DNA of 59,303 nucleotides, the filler included. It is 6 parts of 6 records of this genome, joined end to end, with 100 filler letters (N's around TTAATTAATTAA, not from the genome) between each part and the next. Parts side by side here need not be neighbours in the genome. Positions count along the whole stretch, not along the records: positions 1 to 11,876 come from DRR723986_14855; 5 more parts are not named here. One strand, written 5' to 3'. This document shows, piece after piece, positions 1 to 9,896 of this stretch (position 1 is its first letter; every line of letters begins with the position of its first letter). Below the pieces are notes generated by a model. The model was not told the origin of the DNA, ran no database searches, and saw only the letters and a list, made by a program, of their open reading frames with translations. The translations under genes were made by a program, and so were the position numbers.

Positions 1-1
1 C

Positions 2-3000
2 TTCCGGATTATTGTGGGCGACGAAAACGAATTCGATATCGGGCCGGTGAGCGACATCGACCCGGAAGCCAACAGCATTTCAGAGACTGCCAATGGCGGC
101 GAATTTGCCGGGATCACTGCCTTCGCCGAGGATCCTGATCCGGCGGACAGTGTAACCTACCAGCTGACTGGTGACGACAGGTTCGAGATCGATCCGGACA
201 CAGGTGTCATCACCGTAAAGGATGGTGCGACGTTCGATGCGGAAACAGAACCTTCCATCGAGATGACTGTCACCGCAACGTCAACGGATGGCTCTTCCTC
301 AACGAAGACCTTCACCGTGGCCGTGACGGACAACAATGAAGCACCGGATCTGATCGTTCATCTGGAAAACGGCTCAGAACAGTTCGTCGTTAACGGCAGC
401 TTCGAAATCCATGACGGGGTTCACGGCGGACCCGCCGGGTCCGGCTGGTACGAAAATCCAACTTCGATAGAGGGTTGGGCCTACGACAACGTCGATGTGC
501 ATGAGGCGGGGCACAATAGTTACGGCGCGACAGACGGCGGTCATCATCTGGACCTTGCAGCCATGAACAATGGCTGGGCTTCGCAGCAAATAGAGGGGCA
601 GCTTGATGGTCAGGTCTATCGTCTGACATTCGACATGAAATCTCGCGGCGGCGTGGGGGAAAGTGTCGCCGAGGTCTATTGGAACGGCGAGTTGATCGAC
701 ACGATCGACCCGGCCACAACGGGAACGGGCTGGCAGGCCTATGCTTATGACATCGTTGGCGGATCCGGCGACGGCTCCAATACGCTGACATTCGTTGAGA
801 TCGGTTCCGATAACCTGGGTGGTGCGCTGATCGACAGTGTGTCCATTGTTTCCGACAACCGTACTGCGGTCGTTGAGGAATATTACGGCGCAGAGATTGC
901 TCCCTTGTCAGTATTCGATCCGGATGTGGGCGATACGCATACATTCACGGTTTCGGACGACCGGTTTGAGGTGGTCGTATCCGGCGACAGATACCTGCTC
1001 AAATTGAAAGACGATCAGGCCTTCGATTACGAAACCGAGACTCAGGTGACCCTTGAGGTGACGGCAACCGACCAGGGCGGTCTTTCCGACACGGAGATCG
1101 TGGTGATCGACGTGATCGATATTGACGACACCAATTCTCCCATCGGTCCGCTCACCGACATTGATGCCAGCGCAAACCAGGTTCTTGAAAACGCCGCTGC
1201 AGGTGCCGTCGTGGGTCTGACTGCCTTTGCAAACGATCCGGATGCAGGCGACAGCGTGAGTTATCAGCTCAGCGGTGACGCGCGCTTCGAGATCGATCCG
1301 GCTTCAGGGGTGATCACCGTTGCCAGTGGGGCAAGCTTCGACAAGGAAACCGAACCGGAAATCGATGTTCTGGTGACAGCTACTTCGACTGACGGATCAG
1401 TCTCGACTGAAACTTTCACGATTGCGATTGCCGATGCCAATGAGGCGCCGGACCTCGACTTCGATCCGGAGCTTGGGCCGGGTGTTTCCGTGACGCTGAC
1501 CTTTGTCGAGGAATACGCCGGCCACAGCAATGTGCTGGGTGTCTTCTACGTGGACGGCAACGGCAATCCTGTGGCCGGCGAAATCGTCTGGGTCAACCAG
1601 AACCAATTGACGCCGGGCGATACGGCGACCCTCTATCTGGAAGGCGTCGAAGCGAGCGAAATCGGCTATTTCCTGATCCCGGATGGTGCAGACACGAACA
1701 ATGGTCTTCTTGCCGGTGACAAGGTGACGTTCCAGAAAGACGGGCAGGGGAATTGGCAGGCCGTCGGACCTGACGGGACGCTGCTGGTCGGGGCCGAGGT
1801 CAATGTTCTTTTCTCCGGTAACGGGTCACTCAATCCGGATGGATACGACTACACGGTGGAAAGCGGCATCAGGATCGGCTTTGAGGACATTGCCGGCGGG
1901 GGTGACGAGGATTTCGACGACGTCGTCTTCGACCAGACTACTTTCGAAACCACGGCTCGTGCCGCGGTCTATGAAGAAGATCCGGGGGCGGAAATCGGTG
2001 CCTTGTCGGTATTCGATCCCGATGTCGGCGATACGCACAGCTTCACGGTTTCCGATGGTCGCTTCGAGGTCATATCGATCAACGGTGAGAACATTCTCAA
2101 ACTGAAGGACGGTGTGGCGCTCGATTATGAGACCGAGACCCAGGTGAGCGTTGAGATTACCGTTACCGATAGCGGCGGGCTGTCGGACACGGAAACCATC
2201 GTGATCGACGTCATCGACGTGGAGCCGGAAGGGCCTGCCGACGACAATGAGCCGATCGGGCCTGTCAGGGATGTCGATACGGCCCAGAATCTGGTTGCGG
2301 CGACAGCTGCTGCCGGAATGGTGATCGGCCTGACGGCATTCGCGGAAGATGCTAATGCCGGAGACACGGTGACCTATTCCATCGACGACAGCCGGTTTGA
2401 TATCGACGCAGACACCGGTGTGGTGACCCTCGCCAGTGGTGCAACGCTGGTTGCAGGCGAGACCATCGACGTGACGATCACCGCCACATCAAGTGACGGA
2501 TCCCAGTCGAGCGCGGTTTTTCCCGTGACGGTGACTTCGGGTGTGACTGAGAACTCGCCGCCTGATCTGATCGTCGGCAACGCGATCTACCGGCCGGACC
2601 AGGGCAACAAGCACTGGGACGATCATCATGATGGCCATTGGGGGCATATTCAGGACGGGGAAACGGGGCACTATCATGAAGATGACGGCGTCCACGGTCA
2701 GACCTATCACGGCCACGACGACGACTGTACGGGCAACGAGTATCACGTTCCGGAAAACCAGACAGGTGTCGAACTTATCGAACTTTCGGTAGTGGACCCC
2801 GATATCGGCGACACGCACACCTTCACGGTGTCTGATGACCGGTTTGAAGTCGTGAGCAATGGCGACAGCTATCTGCTGAAGCTCAAGGATGATGCGGCAG
2901 TCGACTACGAAACGGAGCAAAGCATCACGATAGACGTTACCGCGACGGACAGCGGAGGCTTGTCGGATACCGAGACAATTACCCTGGACGTGGTCGACTT

Positions 3001-3478
3001 TGATGATGTGCCCCTGTGCGAGGTCGGGACAAGTAATGCCGATACGATTGTTGGGGGCGATTTCGTGGACAGCATTTCCGGACTTGGCGGAAATGACATC
3101 CTGCTGGGTCAGGGGGGCAACGACCTCATCTATGGCGGGGCTGGTGACGATGTGATCCGGGGTGGCGCGGGCGACGACGTTCTTTCCGGCGGCGACGGGT
3201 CGGATCTGTTCGCCTACATGCTCGGCGACGGGCATGACAGCATTTACGGCGGTGCCGGCGGGAGCTGGATCGATATCGTCGATCTGAGCAAGTCCGCCGA
3301 TGGCACCGATATCGGAACCTATGGTGTCGACTGGTCCATCACCATGACGGAAGGTTCCATCGAGAGCATCGATGCAGCGGCGGGCGAGATCACCCTTTCG
3401 CAGGATTCGGGGGGCTACATCGAGTTTGCCGATGGCGGACGCATCGACTTCACGGATCTGGAAGGCGTTCAGTACTGA
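2..3478 (+). CDS. Large T1SS-secreted cadherin-repeat adhesin with C-terminal RTX repeats (5' truncated)
   Basis: The frame is open from base 2. It has repeated cadherin-like units (DxDxGDxVxY...RFEIDxxTGVITV...D.ETE..I.V.VTAT), a DUF642-like domain (VNGSFE...IDSVSI), a DUF4114-like motif (GFEDIAGGGDEDFDDVVF), and GGxGxD nonapeptides near the C-terminus. Confidence 0.9.
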   Translation, partial: FRIIVGDENEFDIGPVSDIDPEANSISETANGGEFAGITAFAEDPDPADSVTYQLTGDDRFEIDPDTGVITVKDGATFDAETEPSIEMTVTATSTDGSSSTKTFTVAVTDNNEAPDLIVHLENGSEQFVVNGSFEIHDGVHGGPAGSGWYENPTSIEGWAYDNVDVHEAGHNSYGATDGGHHLDLAAMNNGWASQQIEGQLDGQVYRLTFDMKSRGGVGESVAEVYWNGELIDTIDPATTGTGWQAYAYDIVGGSGDGSNTLTFVEIGSDNLGGALIDSVSIVSDNRTAVVEEYYGAEIAPLSVFDPDVGDTHTFTVSDDRFEVVVSGDRYLLKLKDDQAFDYETETQVTLEVTATDQGGLSDTEIVVIDVIDIDDTNSPIGPLTDIDASANQVLENAAAGAVVGLTAFANDPDAGDSVSYQLSGDARFEIDPASGVITVASGASFDKETEPEIDVLVTATSTDGSVSTETFTIAIADANEAPDLDFDPELGPGVSVTLTFVEEYAGHSNVLGVFYVDGNGNPVAGEIVWVNQNQLTPGDTATLYLEGVEASEIGYFLIPDGADTNNGLLAGDKVTFQKDGQGNWQAVGPDGTLLVGAEVNVLFSGNGSLNPDGYDYTVESGIRIGFEDIAGGGDEDFDDVVFDQTTFETTARAAVYEEDPGAEIGALSVFDPDVGDTHSFTVSDGRFEVISINGENILKLKDGVALDYETETQVSVEITVTDSGGLSDTETIVIDVIDVEPEGPADDNEPIGPVRDVDTAQNLVAATAAAGMVIGLTAFAEDANAGDTVTYSIDDSRFDIDADTGVVTLASGATLVAGETIDVTITATSSDGSQSSAVFPVTVTSGVTENSPPDLIVGNAIYRPDQGNKHWDDHHDGHWGHIQDGETGHYHEDDGVHGQTYHGHDDDCTGNEYHVPENQTGVELIELSVVDPDIGDTHTFTVSDDRFEVVSNGDSYLLKLKDDAAVDYETEQSITIDVTATDSGGLSDTETITLDVVDFDDVPLCEVGTSNADTIVGGDFVDSISGLGGNDILLGQGGNDLIYGGAGDDVIRGGAGDDVLSGGDGSDLFAYMLGDGHDSIYGGAGGSWIDIVDLSKSADGTDIGTYGVDWSITMTEGSIESIDAAAGEITLSQDSGGYIEFADGGRIDFTDLEGVQY

Positions 3479-3493
3479 TCAGCAGGAATGCGA

Positions 3494-3522
3494 AAAAAGC
3501 GGGCTCGTTAAGCCCGCTTTTT
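3494..3522. terminator. Bidirectional rho-independent terminator
   Basis: AAAAAGCGGGCT-cgtta-AGCCCGCTTTTT between convergent genes. Confidence 0.9.
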
Positions 3523-3532
3523 GTGTTGCCGG

Positions 3533-5023
3533 TTATTGAATCGGAGGCAGTGGTTCTGTCTCGATAAAGACGGTGTCGCTGGTCACGACCTCGACAACGG
3601 TCGACTGGAAGACATCGTTCTCCGACGGTCCAAGGCGCAGGTCCCAGGTATTGAACTCAGGCATGAGGCGCGGGACCGGTGCCGGCCGTTCCTCGATGAT
3701 CCCGAAATGCTGCGGCGCCAGCCGGCCAATGTTGGCCAGCAGGAAGAAGTCCGCAATGCGGCTGTCATAGCGTGCCCGGACATGGTCGACCTTGCTGAGC
3801 AATAGTTCGCGCTCGCCGTCCAGAACATCGAGCAGGGACCGCTGACCGCTGTCGAATTCCACCTGCAGGCCCTTGACCGCGCGCTGGTTGGCCTCAATCG
3901 CGCGCTTTACCGCCTTGACCTTCAGCCTTGAGGCAGCTCGCTGCTTCATGGCACGGACAACGTTCTCGCGGATGATCTGCTGGGTGTCGTCCAGCTCGTA
4001 TTCCTGTTGGGCTGCCGTGAAGTTTGCGCGTTTGACCGCGGCGATGTTGCGGCCACCGGTGAAGAAAGGGGCCGTGACGCGCACGCCAAAGCGGAAGTCT
4101 TCTTCGTCCTGATTGCCAAGGTTGCCCTGGTAACCGGTTTGCCATTCGCTTTCCAGCGAGACACGCGGCAGCATGTCGCCGACTGCGGCGCGTGCGGCGT
4201 AACGTGCGGCCCTTGCATCTGCAGTTGCGGCGCGGATGGACGGATTGTTCTGCAGCGCGACGTTGATCGCGTCATCCAGACCGGCGGGCTCGATTGTCTG
4301 TGGAATGCCAGGCCAGCCGAGCTTGCCCGGCTTTTGTCCGGTCAGGCGCTCATAGACAGCCTCGGAGGCTTCCAGGTCGCCGACCGCCTGGTCGGAATTC
4401 CCCTGCGCTTCACCGAGACGGGCAAGCGCCTGTTCGATATCGGTGCGCGTTGCGTCTCCCGACTTGTAACGGGCGCGGGCGGCGTTCACTTCCCGTTGCA
4501 CCACGTTGGTATAGGCCCGCAGGTGAGCGAGGATCGCCCGATCGCGAACAACGCGCAGATAGGCATCAGCTGTATTGAACAGCAGCGTCTGTTCGGCGCC
4601 AATGAGCTGGTTGCGACCGGAATTCGCTTCCTCATGAGCCTGGTTCAGCCGATTAACACCCGCAAAACCCTGAAACACCGTCTGGGACATGGAAATGCCC
4701 AGCTCGTGGAAGAACGACCTGTCGCTGTTGCCGCTGCGCTCGCTGCGGAAGGCGTTCTGTTCTCCCAGGTAGGTGCCGGTAACCGTCGGCAGAAACTCGG
4801 ACCTGGCGGTCCAGACGTCCTGGTTGGTCGCTTCGTAACGCGACCGTTCCGCCTTGAGGCCCGGGTTGATGGCGTAGGCCGACCCCATGGCTTCTTCGAG
4901 CGACTGGGCGGATACGGTTGCGCTGGCGAAGGACAGGCTGATCAGTGACGCGCCTGCCAGCAGACCGGCAAGGCGGGTTTTCAATCCGTGCATCAGTTTG
5001 GCAGGGGCAGGGAAGGTCGTCAT
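3533..5023 (-). CDS. TolC-family outer membrane channel (T1SS)
   Basis: Signal peptide ending AQSLEEAM, two OEP repeats (EFLPTV, MLPRVSL), GQRSLLDVLDGERE motif. Start may be a few codons downstream. Confidence 0.9.
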   Translation of the reverse strand: MTTFPAPAKLMHGLKTRLAGLLAGASLISLSFASATVSAQSLEEAMGSAYAINPGLKAERSRYEATNQDVWTARSEFLPTVTGTYLGEQNAFRSERSGNSDRSFFHELGISMSQTVFQGFAGVNRLNQAHEEANSGRNQLIGAEQTLLFNTADAYLRVVRDRAILAHLRAYTNVVQREVNAARARYKSGDATRTDIEQALARLGEAQGNSDQAVGDLEASEAVYERLTGQKPGKLGWPGIPQTIEPAGLDDAINVALQNNPSIRAATADARAARYAARAAVGDMLPRVSLESEWQTGYQGNLGNQDEEDFRFGVRVTAPFFTGGRNIAAVKRANFTAAQQEYELDDTQQIIRENVVRAMKQRAASRLKVKAVKRAIEANQRAVKGLQVEFDSGQRSLLDVLDGERELLLSKVDHVRARYDSRIADFFLLANIGRLAPQHFGIIEERPAPVPRLMPEFNTWDLRLGPSENDVFQSTVVEVVTSDTVFIETEPLPPIQ

Positions 5024-5219
5024 TGCAGCACCGTGATCGTTGTCTGCCCTTAAGGTAAAATTTTATAGTTAATCAAAAGTAAGTTGAGCTTAGAGAATAT
5101 GGTCAAGAATTTTCAGTAATTACCTAGGGTAATCTTTGTTTGGCGTTGCTTCTTTTAGGGTATTGATATTAATATCAAGGTTTAATTTGATAATAATTTA
5201 AGTTGAATTCAGTGATAAG

Positions 5220-7271
5220 TCAGCTTCCCGTTCTGTCTAAACTCGGGTGAAACTTTTTGATCTGCGAAGGCAGTAGATGTTTCCCGAACAGAAAGCCCTG
5301 CACCTGCAGGCATCCGGCTTGTTGCAGGAATTGCAGCTGTCGTTCCGTTTCGACACCTTCGGCGATTACTGGGATCTTGAAACTATGGCCGAGCAGAACG
5401 GCAGAGCGCAGGATTGCCCGGGCATGGGGGTTGGTTTCCAGCGACTGGGTAAAGGCTCTGTCGACCTTGATCTTGTCGAAGTGAAAGGCTTGCAGCGTGT
5501 TGAGCGAGGAATAGCCCTTGCCGAAGTCGTCCATGGCAACGCGCACGCCCATCTTGCGCAGCGAGAGGATCGTCTCGTGAACCCGTTCGTGATCCTCGAT
5601 CGGGGTGGATTCGGTGAGTTCTACTTCCAGGCGTTCCGCCGGCAGGCCTGTCTTCATAAGTACGGTGGAAACGAGACCGGCAAAATCGCAACGGGAGAAC
5701 TGCAGCGGGGAAGCGTTGACCGACAGCGTTACCGGGTTTTCCCAGCAGGCAGCTTCCTTGCAGGCTGCTTCCAGAACCCAGTTGCCGATATCCAGGATGA
5801 TGCCTGATCGTTCGGCAATCGGAATGAAGTCTTCCGGTGGAATTGGGCCTTTTTCCGCGTGGCGCCACCGGACCAGAGCTTCGTAGCCAATCAGCTCGCC
5901 GGTCTTTGTCAGATTCTGTTTCTGGAAGACCAGGTTGAGCTGGTTTTCGAGCGTTGCATTGCGCAAGTCAGCCGCCAGGCCCGCCTCCCAGCGATTGGTT
6001 TCCTCCATGCCCGTGACATAGGGCTGGATCAGGTTGCCGCCGATCGATTTTGCTTGCTTGGCAGCAAGGTTTGCCCTTTGCACCAGCTTGTTCAGGTCCT
6101 TGCCGTCGCGCGGAAACACGGCAAGGCCAATACTGGAGCGGATGGACAGGCGGTAGGAATTCCACTGAACCGGCCTTCGGGCAAGGGAGCGAACCAGACG
6201 GGCGAAGTCTACGGCGTCATCCAAAGTGTCGAGCGACGAATTGATGACCAGAAATTCGTCACCGTAAAAGCGGGAGATGAAGACACTGTCGCTCAGGTTG
6301 TTTTTCAGTGTGTTGGCCAGGGTGCACAGGACAGTGTCGCCGACTTCGTAGCCGTGAAGGTCGTTGATGGCCTTGAACTGGTCCAGGCTGATCAGCACGA
6401 CGGCGCATGTCTTGCCTTCCAGTTCGGCCTTTTCCAGAAGGTCTGCCGCAGCCTTCTGTACAAAATGCCGGTTTGGAAGTCGTGTCAGAGAATCCTGCAG
6501 CGACAGGTGTTTATAAGCTCGCCTGGCCGCGTTTTTCCTGTACCGGTCGAGCAGCGCACCAGTTGCAGCCACAAAGGTGCATAGACCGAAGATGACCAGC
6601 GACATCACCATCATGTGCCTTTCGGACATGAGCATGATTTCGCGCGGGAAACTGACTTCGCGAAGGGGCGTTGCCGGGGAATGCACCGGCATGTGTATCG
6701 AAACGGCTGACAGGAAAAGGAACAGCGTTGCACTTACAAATGCGCGTCTGGACTGCAGCTGCGGAACGAAACTCATTGCAATTGCCCCAAGGCACGTTCC
6801 GAACAGAAATGTCCAAAGTCCGAAGGCTTCGCCTGTATCAGGTAAACCGGCGATCTCCCTGGCCGTCGTCAGCGTCAGACCCATTCCTGCAATGGCAAGG
6901 CCAAAGAGGATGCCGCCAAGTTCCGGTGCGAGCCGGATGTTTCGCCGCACAGCAAGCGCATAACCTGACAGGAGGCCGACAAAGACGACAAGCAGGGCAA
7001 GCAGAGCCGTTTGAAGCCGGTACCCTGATTCCGCGGGAAGCTTTACCGAAGAAAAGGCGATGATCTGGGCCGCCCAGATTGCCGAGGCGCCGACGAGTGC
7101 AGACCAGATGAGCCAGATGACCCGTGCAGGGCTTGCATCGCGGTCAACCTTCGCAAGGAGCAGGAAGGAAAAGGCGCATCCGAAGAGACACGTTGCGATC
7201 GCAAGTGTCAAAAGAGCATGGTCATGCTCAAAAGACAAAACTGTTGCGACGCGTTCCATAAAAGCTCCCAC
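5220..7271 (-). CDS. Membrane MHYT-like/GGDEF/EAL c-di-GMP signalling protein
   Basis: Multi-TM N-terminus, DSLTRLPNR, degenerate RFYGDEF, intact YEALVRW and DDFGKGYSSL. Confidence 0.9.
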   Translation of the reverse strand: MGAFMERVATVLSFEHDHALLTLAIATCLFGCAFSFLLLAKVDRDASPARVIWLIWSALVGASAIWAAQIIAFSSVKLPAESGYRLQTALLALLVVFVGLLSGYALAVRRNIRLAPELGGILFGLAIAGMGLTLTTAREIAGLPDTGEAFGLWTFLFGTCLGAIAMSFVPQLQSRRAFVSATLFLFLSAVSIHMPVHSPATPLREVSFPREIMLMSERHMMVMSLVIFGLCTFVAATGALLDRYRKNAARRAYKHLSLQDSLTRLPNRHFVQKAAADLLEKAELEGKTCAVVLISLDQFKAINDLHGYEVGDTVLCTLANTLKNNLSDSVFISRFYGDEFLVINSSLDTLDDAVDFARLVRSLARRPVQWNSYRLSIRSSIGLAVFPRDGKDLNKLVQRANLAAKQAKSIGGNLIQPYVTGMEETNRWEAGLAADLRNATLENQLNLVFQKQNLTKTGELIGYEALVRWRHAEKGPIPPEDFIPIAERSGIILDIGNWVLEAACKEAACWENPVTLSVNASPLQFSRCDFAGLVSTVLMKTGLPAERLEVELTESTPIEDHERVHETILSLRKMGVRVAMDDFGKGYSSLNTLQAFHFDKIKVDRAFTQSLETNPHARAILRSAVLLGHSFKIPVIAEGVETERQLQFLQQAGCLQVQGFLFGKHLLPSQIKKFHPSLDRTGS

Positions 7272-7922
7272 CGACGGTTGATTTCATGAAAGCTTAAAAA
7301 GCATAACAAACTGTGTTTTTCCGGAGTATTTCAAGTATTGTTCTTTGTTTAATCTGGTATTGTTGTAATTACGCATGAAGTATCCGGTCAATTGGTGGCT
7401 TTTATTGTCAGTATTGACCTGTCTTACGAGCGGCTTTGGGGTGCATAGGTGCCGCTGCCGGTTTGCCTGCGTGCAATTGGAGCGGAAGAGCTGCTTCTGA
7501 AGAGCGTGGCGAAACCCGCCCTTTGTCTGAGACAGGCAAATTCGTAAACATCTGCCGCCAAAAGCGCGGCATTTTCAGGAAGTGGCGCGTTCTGCTGCAC
7601 TGACTTGACGCCTCGGTAACTGGAGCGTGTCCTTAAGTCACCGTAATTTTTGACAATATTTTTTGAGCCTCAAGAAAGCCCGAAATTCGTGCAAAATCCA
7701 GCAAATGAGCGGATCCGGAAGGTCGCGACTCTGCCCGGGTGCCCTCAGGGCATGGGGATGGATAAAATTCTATCGATATAATTAGCAATACGGCATTGAT
7801 TTGCTTCCAAAACAGGGCGGCCGCGCCGGAGGGCAATGCCTTCAGCGATCAGAAATGCCGCTCCGGCCTCGAGCGAGAGGTGCGGGACAATGCAAACTGT
7901 TTAAGACACGTCAGGAGAACGG

Positions 7923-8603
7923 GTGCATCCCGCAATGCCAACGAAAGCCAGATCCACTCGCGTCGATAACGCTTATGAACGCTTGAAAACCGAGATCCTG
8001 AACGGGCAATTGCCGCCCGGATTTCAGGCGCCGGAACCGGACATCGCGACACGGCTGGGCATGAGCCGGACGCCGGTTCGCGAAGCGCTTATCCGGCTGG
8101 AGGCTGACGGTCTGGTGGACCTCGTGCCCCGCCGGGGAGCAAAGGTTCTGCCGATTTCGCTGCAGGACATCTGCGAGATCTACCAGATCCTTTCGGCGCT
8201 TGAAGCCCTCGCCGCAGGCACCGCTTGCCGCAAGGCGGGCGACGAGACGCTCGCGGAAATCGAAGAAGTGCTCAACGAGTCCGATGATGCGCTGGAACGT
8301 CAGGACATCGAAGCCTGGGCCGTTCACGATGACAGGTTCCACAGGCTGATGGCCAAGGCGAGCGGCAATCTGCGTCTGGAAGCTGAAATCGAGGGGTTTC
8401 TCGATCAGGTCTACCGGGCCAACACCGTGTTGCTGCGCCTGAACAAGGCACCGGCCTCAAATGCTGCCGATCATCGCAAGATTATACAGGCGATCCGGGA
8501 CGGCGACACTGACAGCGCCACGGAGACGGCGCGGTTACACCGTCTCAACGGAATGCTCAGGATGAAGGATCTGCTGCAGGACTGCGGTCTCAGCCACGTT
8601 TGA
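7923..8603 (+). CDS. GntR-family (FCD) transcriptional regulator
   Basis: HTH motif LGMSRTPVREALIRLEADGLV, C-terminal DDRFHRL...SGN, AGGAG upstream. Confidence 0.9.
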   Translation: MHPAMPTKARSTRVDNAYERLKTEILNGQLPPGFQAPEPDIATRLGMSRTPVREALIRLEADGLVDLVPRRGAKVLPISLQDICEIYQILSALEALAAGTACRKAGDETLAEIEEVLNESDDALERQDIEAWAVHDDRFHRLMAKASGNLRLEAEIEGFLDQVYRANTVLLRLNKAPASNAADHRKIIQAIRDGDTDSATETARLHRLNGMLRMKDLLQDCGLSHV

Positions 8604-9647
8604 TCATTTTGGCGCAGCAGGGGCCGGGCCGGTGGATTGTCCGATGATCAGCTCCGCGTCCAGATGCAGGGAAGCCGGTTTGCTGGCCGGGTTGGAAATC
8701 ATGTTCAGGAGCAGCTCGGCAGCCTTTTCCCCGGCGTAGCGCACCGAGGAGCGGGTGCAGGTGAAAATCGGCACTTCGCCGCTGTTGGGCAGGAAAGACA
8801 GGGCATCGTCATGGGTGATGATGGACACATCCCTGCCTGTCTTCAATCCGCACTGGCCGACAGCGCGGGCGACTCCGATCGCCGATATCATGGACGAAAT
8901 CAGGAAGGCGGTCGGCGGATTGTCGCTCTTCAGCATTTCCATCGCATTGTCGCAGCCGTAGGGTTCGGTCATGTCCGCACTGCGCATCAAGGCCGGGTCC
9001 GGTGTCAGGCCCCGTGCTGCCAGTGCTTCCTCGAAGCCGCGCCGGCGCCGGTTGGCGAAGTCCATATGTTCCAGACCGTTCAGCAATGCGATCCGGGTGT
9101 GGCCGAGGTCCAGCAGCAGGTTCGTCGCCCGCTCGAAGGCGCGCCGGTTGTTCATATCGATCCACGATGTTTCTTCCTCGGCACCGGGGATGCGTCCGTG
9201 AACGACGAAGGGCAGATTGAGTTCTTTCAGAAGCCTGTGCCTGCGTTCGTCATTTGCGGGGCCGTGAATGATCACGCCGTCGGCCTTCTTGCGTGAGGCG
9301 ATCTGCCGGTAGGCGTCTTCTTCCTTGGCATCGTCGACGACGGAGATGATCATGTCGTAGCCGTGGCGCGAATAGGTCTCCCCGGCGCCGGCTATGAACT
9401 CCAGAAAGATCGGGTTCATCATCTCGTGAATTGAGCGCGGTATGACATGGCCGATGGCCATTGCGCGGCCGGTTGCAAGCCGCCGCGCCTGGCTGTTGGG
9501 CGCGTAGCCGAGCTTATCGGCCATCTCGGTCACGCGTTTGCGCGTTTCTTCGCTGACTTCCGGATAGCCGTTGAGTGCGCGGCTAACCGTGGTCTGAGAC
9601 AGGTTCAGCCGTTGCGACAGTTCTTTCAGGTTTACGCCATTGCTCAT
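8604..9647 (-). CDS. aglR: LacI-family repressor of alpha-glucoside uptake
   Basis: LacI HTH (LKELSQRLNLSQTTVSRALNGYPEVS); divergent from an aglE-like gene. Confidence 0.85.
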   Translation of the reverse strand: MSNGVNLKELSQRLNLSQTTVSRALNGYPEVSEETRKRVTEMADKLGYAPNSQARRLATGRAMAIGHVIPRSIHEMMNPIFLEFIAGAGETYSRHGYDMIISVVDDAKEEDAYRQIASRKKADGVIIHGPANDERRHRLLKELNLPFVVHGRIPGAEEETSWIDMNNRRAFERATNLLLDLGHTRIALLNGLEHMDFANRRRRGFEEALAARGLTPDPALMRSADMTEPYGCDNAMEMLKSDNPPTAFLISSMISAIGVARAVGQCGLKTGRDVSIITHDDALSFLPNSGEVPIFTCTRSSVRYAGEKAAELLLNMISNPASKPASLHLDAELIIGQSTGPAPAAPK

Positions 9648-9653
9648 TCTGGC

Positions 9654-9667
9654 CCAAAACGCTTTGA
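9654..9667. promoter_or_regulatory. LacI-type operator (aglR-proximal)
   Basis: CCAAAACGCTTTGA pseudo-palindrome with central CG, similar to the site at 9763. Confidence 0.6.
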
Positions 9668-9724
9668 AAGCGCCCTCCCAACAGGCTGTTATTGAAATGC
9701 AACATTAATTCGCGAGTTGCGCGC

Positions 9725-9753
9725 TTGACAAGGCCGAAGCCTGAAGACATGGT
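9725..9753 (+). promoter_or_regulatory. Sigma70-type promoter of aglE
   Basis: TTGACA-N17-CATGGT directly upstream of the operator. Confidence 0.6.
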
Positions 9754-9762
9754 TAGGGCCAA

Positions 9763-9780
9763 ATCCAAAGCGGTTTGGAT
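9763..9780. promoter_or_regulatory. LacI-type (AglR) operator
   Basis: ATCCAAAGCGGTTTGGAT, an 18-bp near-perfect palindrome with central CG. Confidence 0.75.
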
Positions 9781-9896
9781 AAAGGGTTCTGGTAGAATTG
9801 CCGACCTGGAAAAACGGGTAGGTATTGCTGCAAGGTGGCGAGGTATGCCACCTTGGGTGGAGTGTTCCAGCATAGGGACAATCTGGGAGGACAGAT

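Noticed and set aside
5163..5178. FNR box
   Set aside because: Spacing is TTGAT-N6-ATCAA rather than N4.
7272..7922. Riboswitch or ncRNA in the 650-nt intergenic region
   Set aside because: Only short hairpins; I could not match c-di-GMP, SRP or other recognisable RNA motifs by eye.
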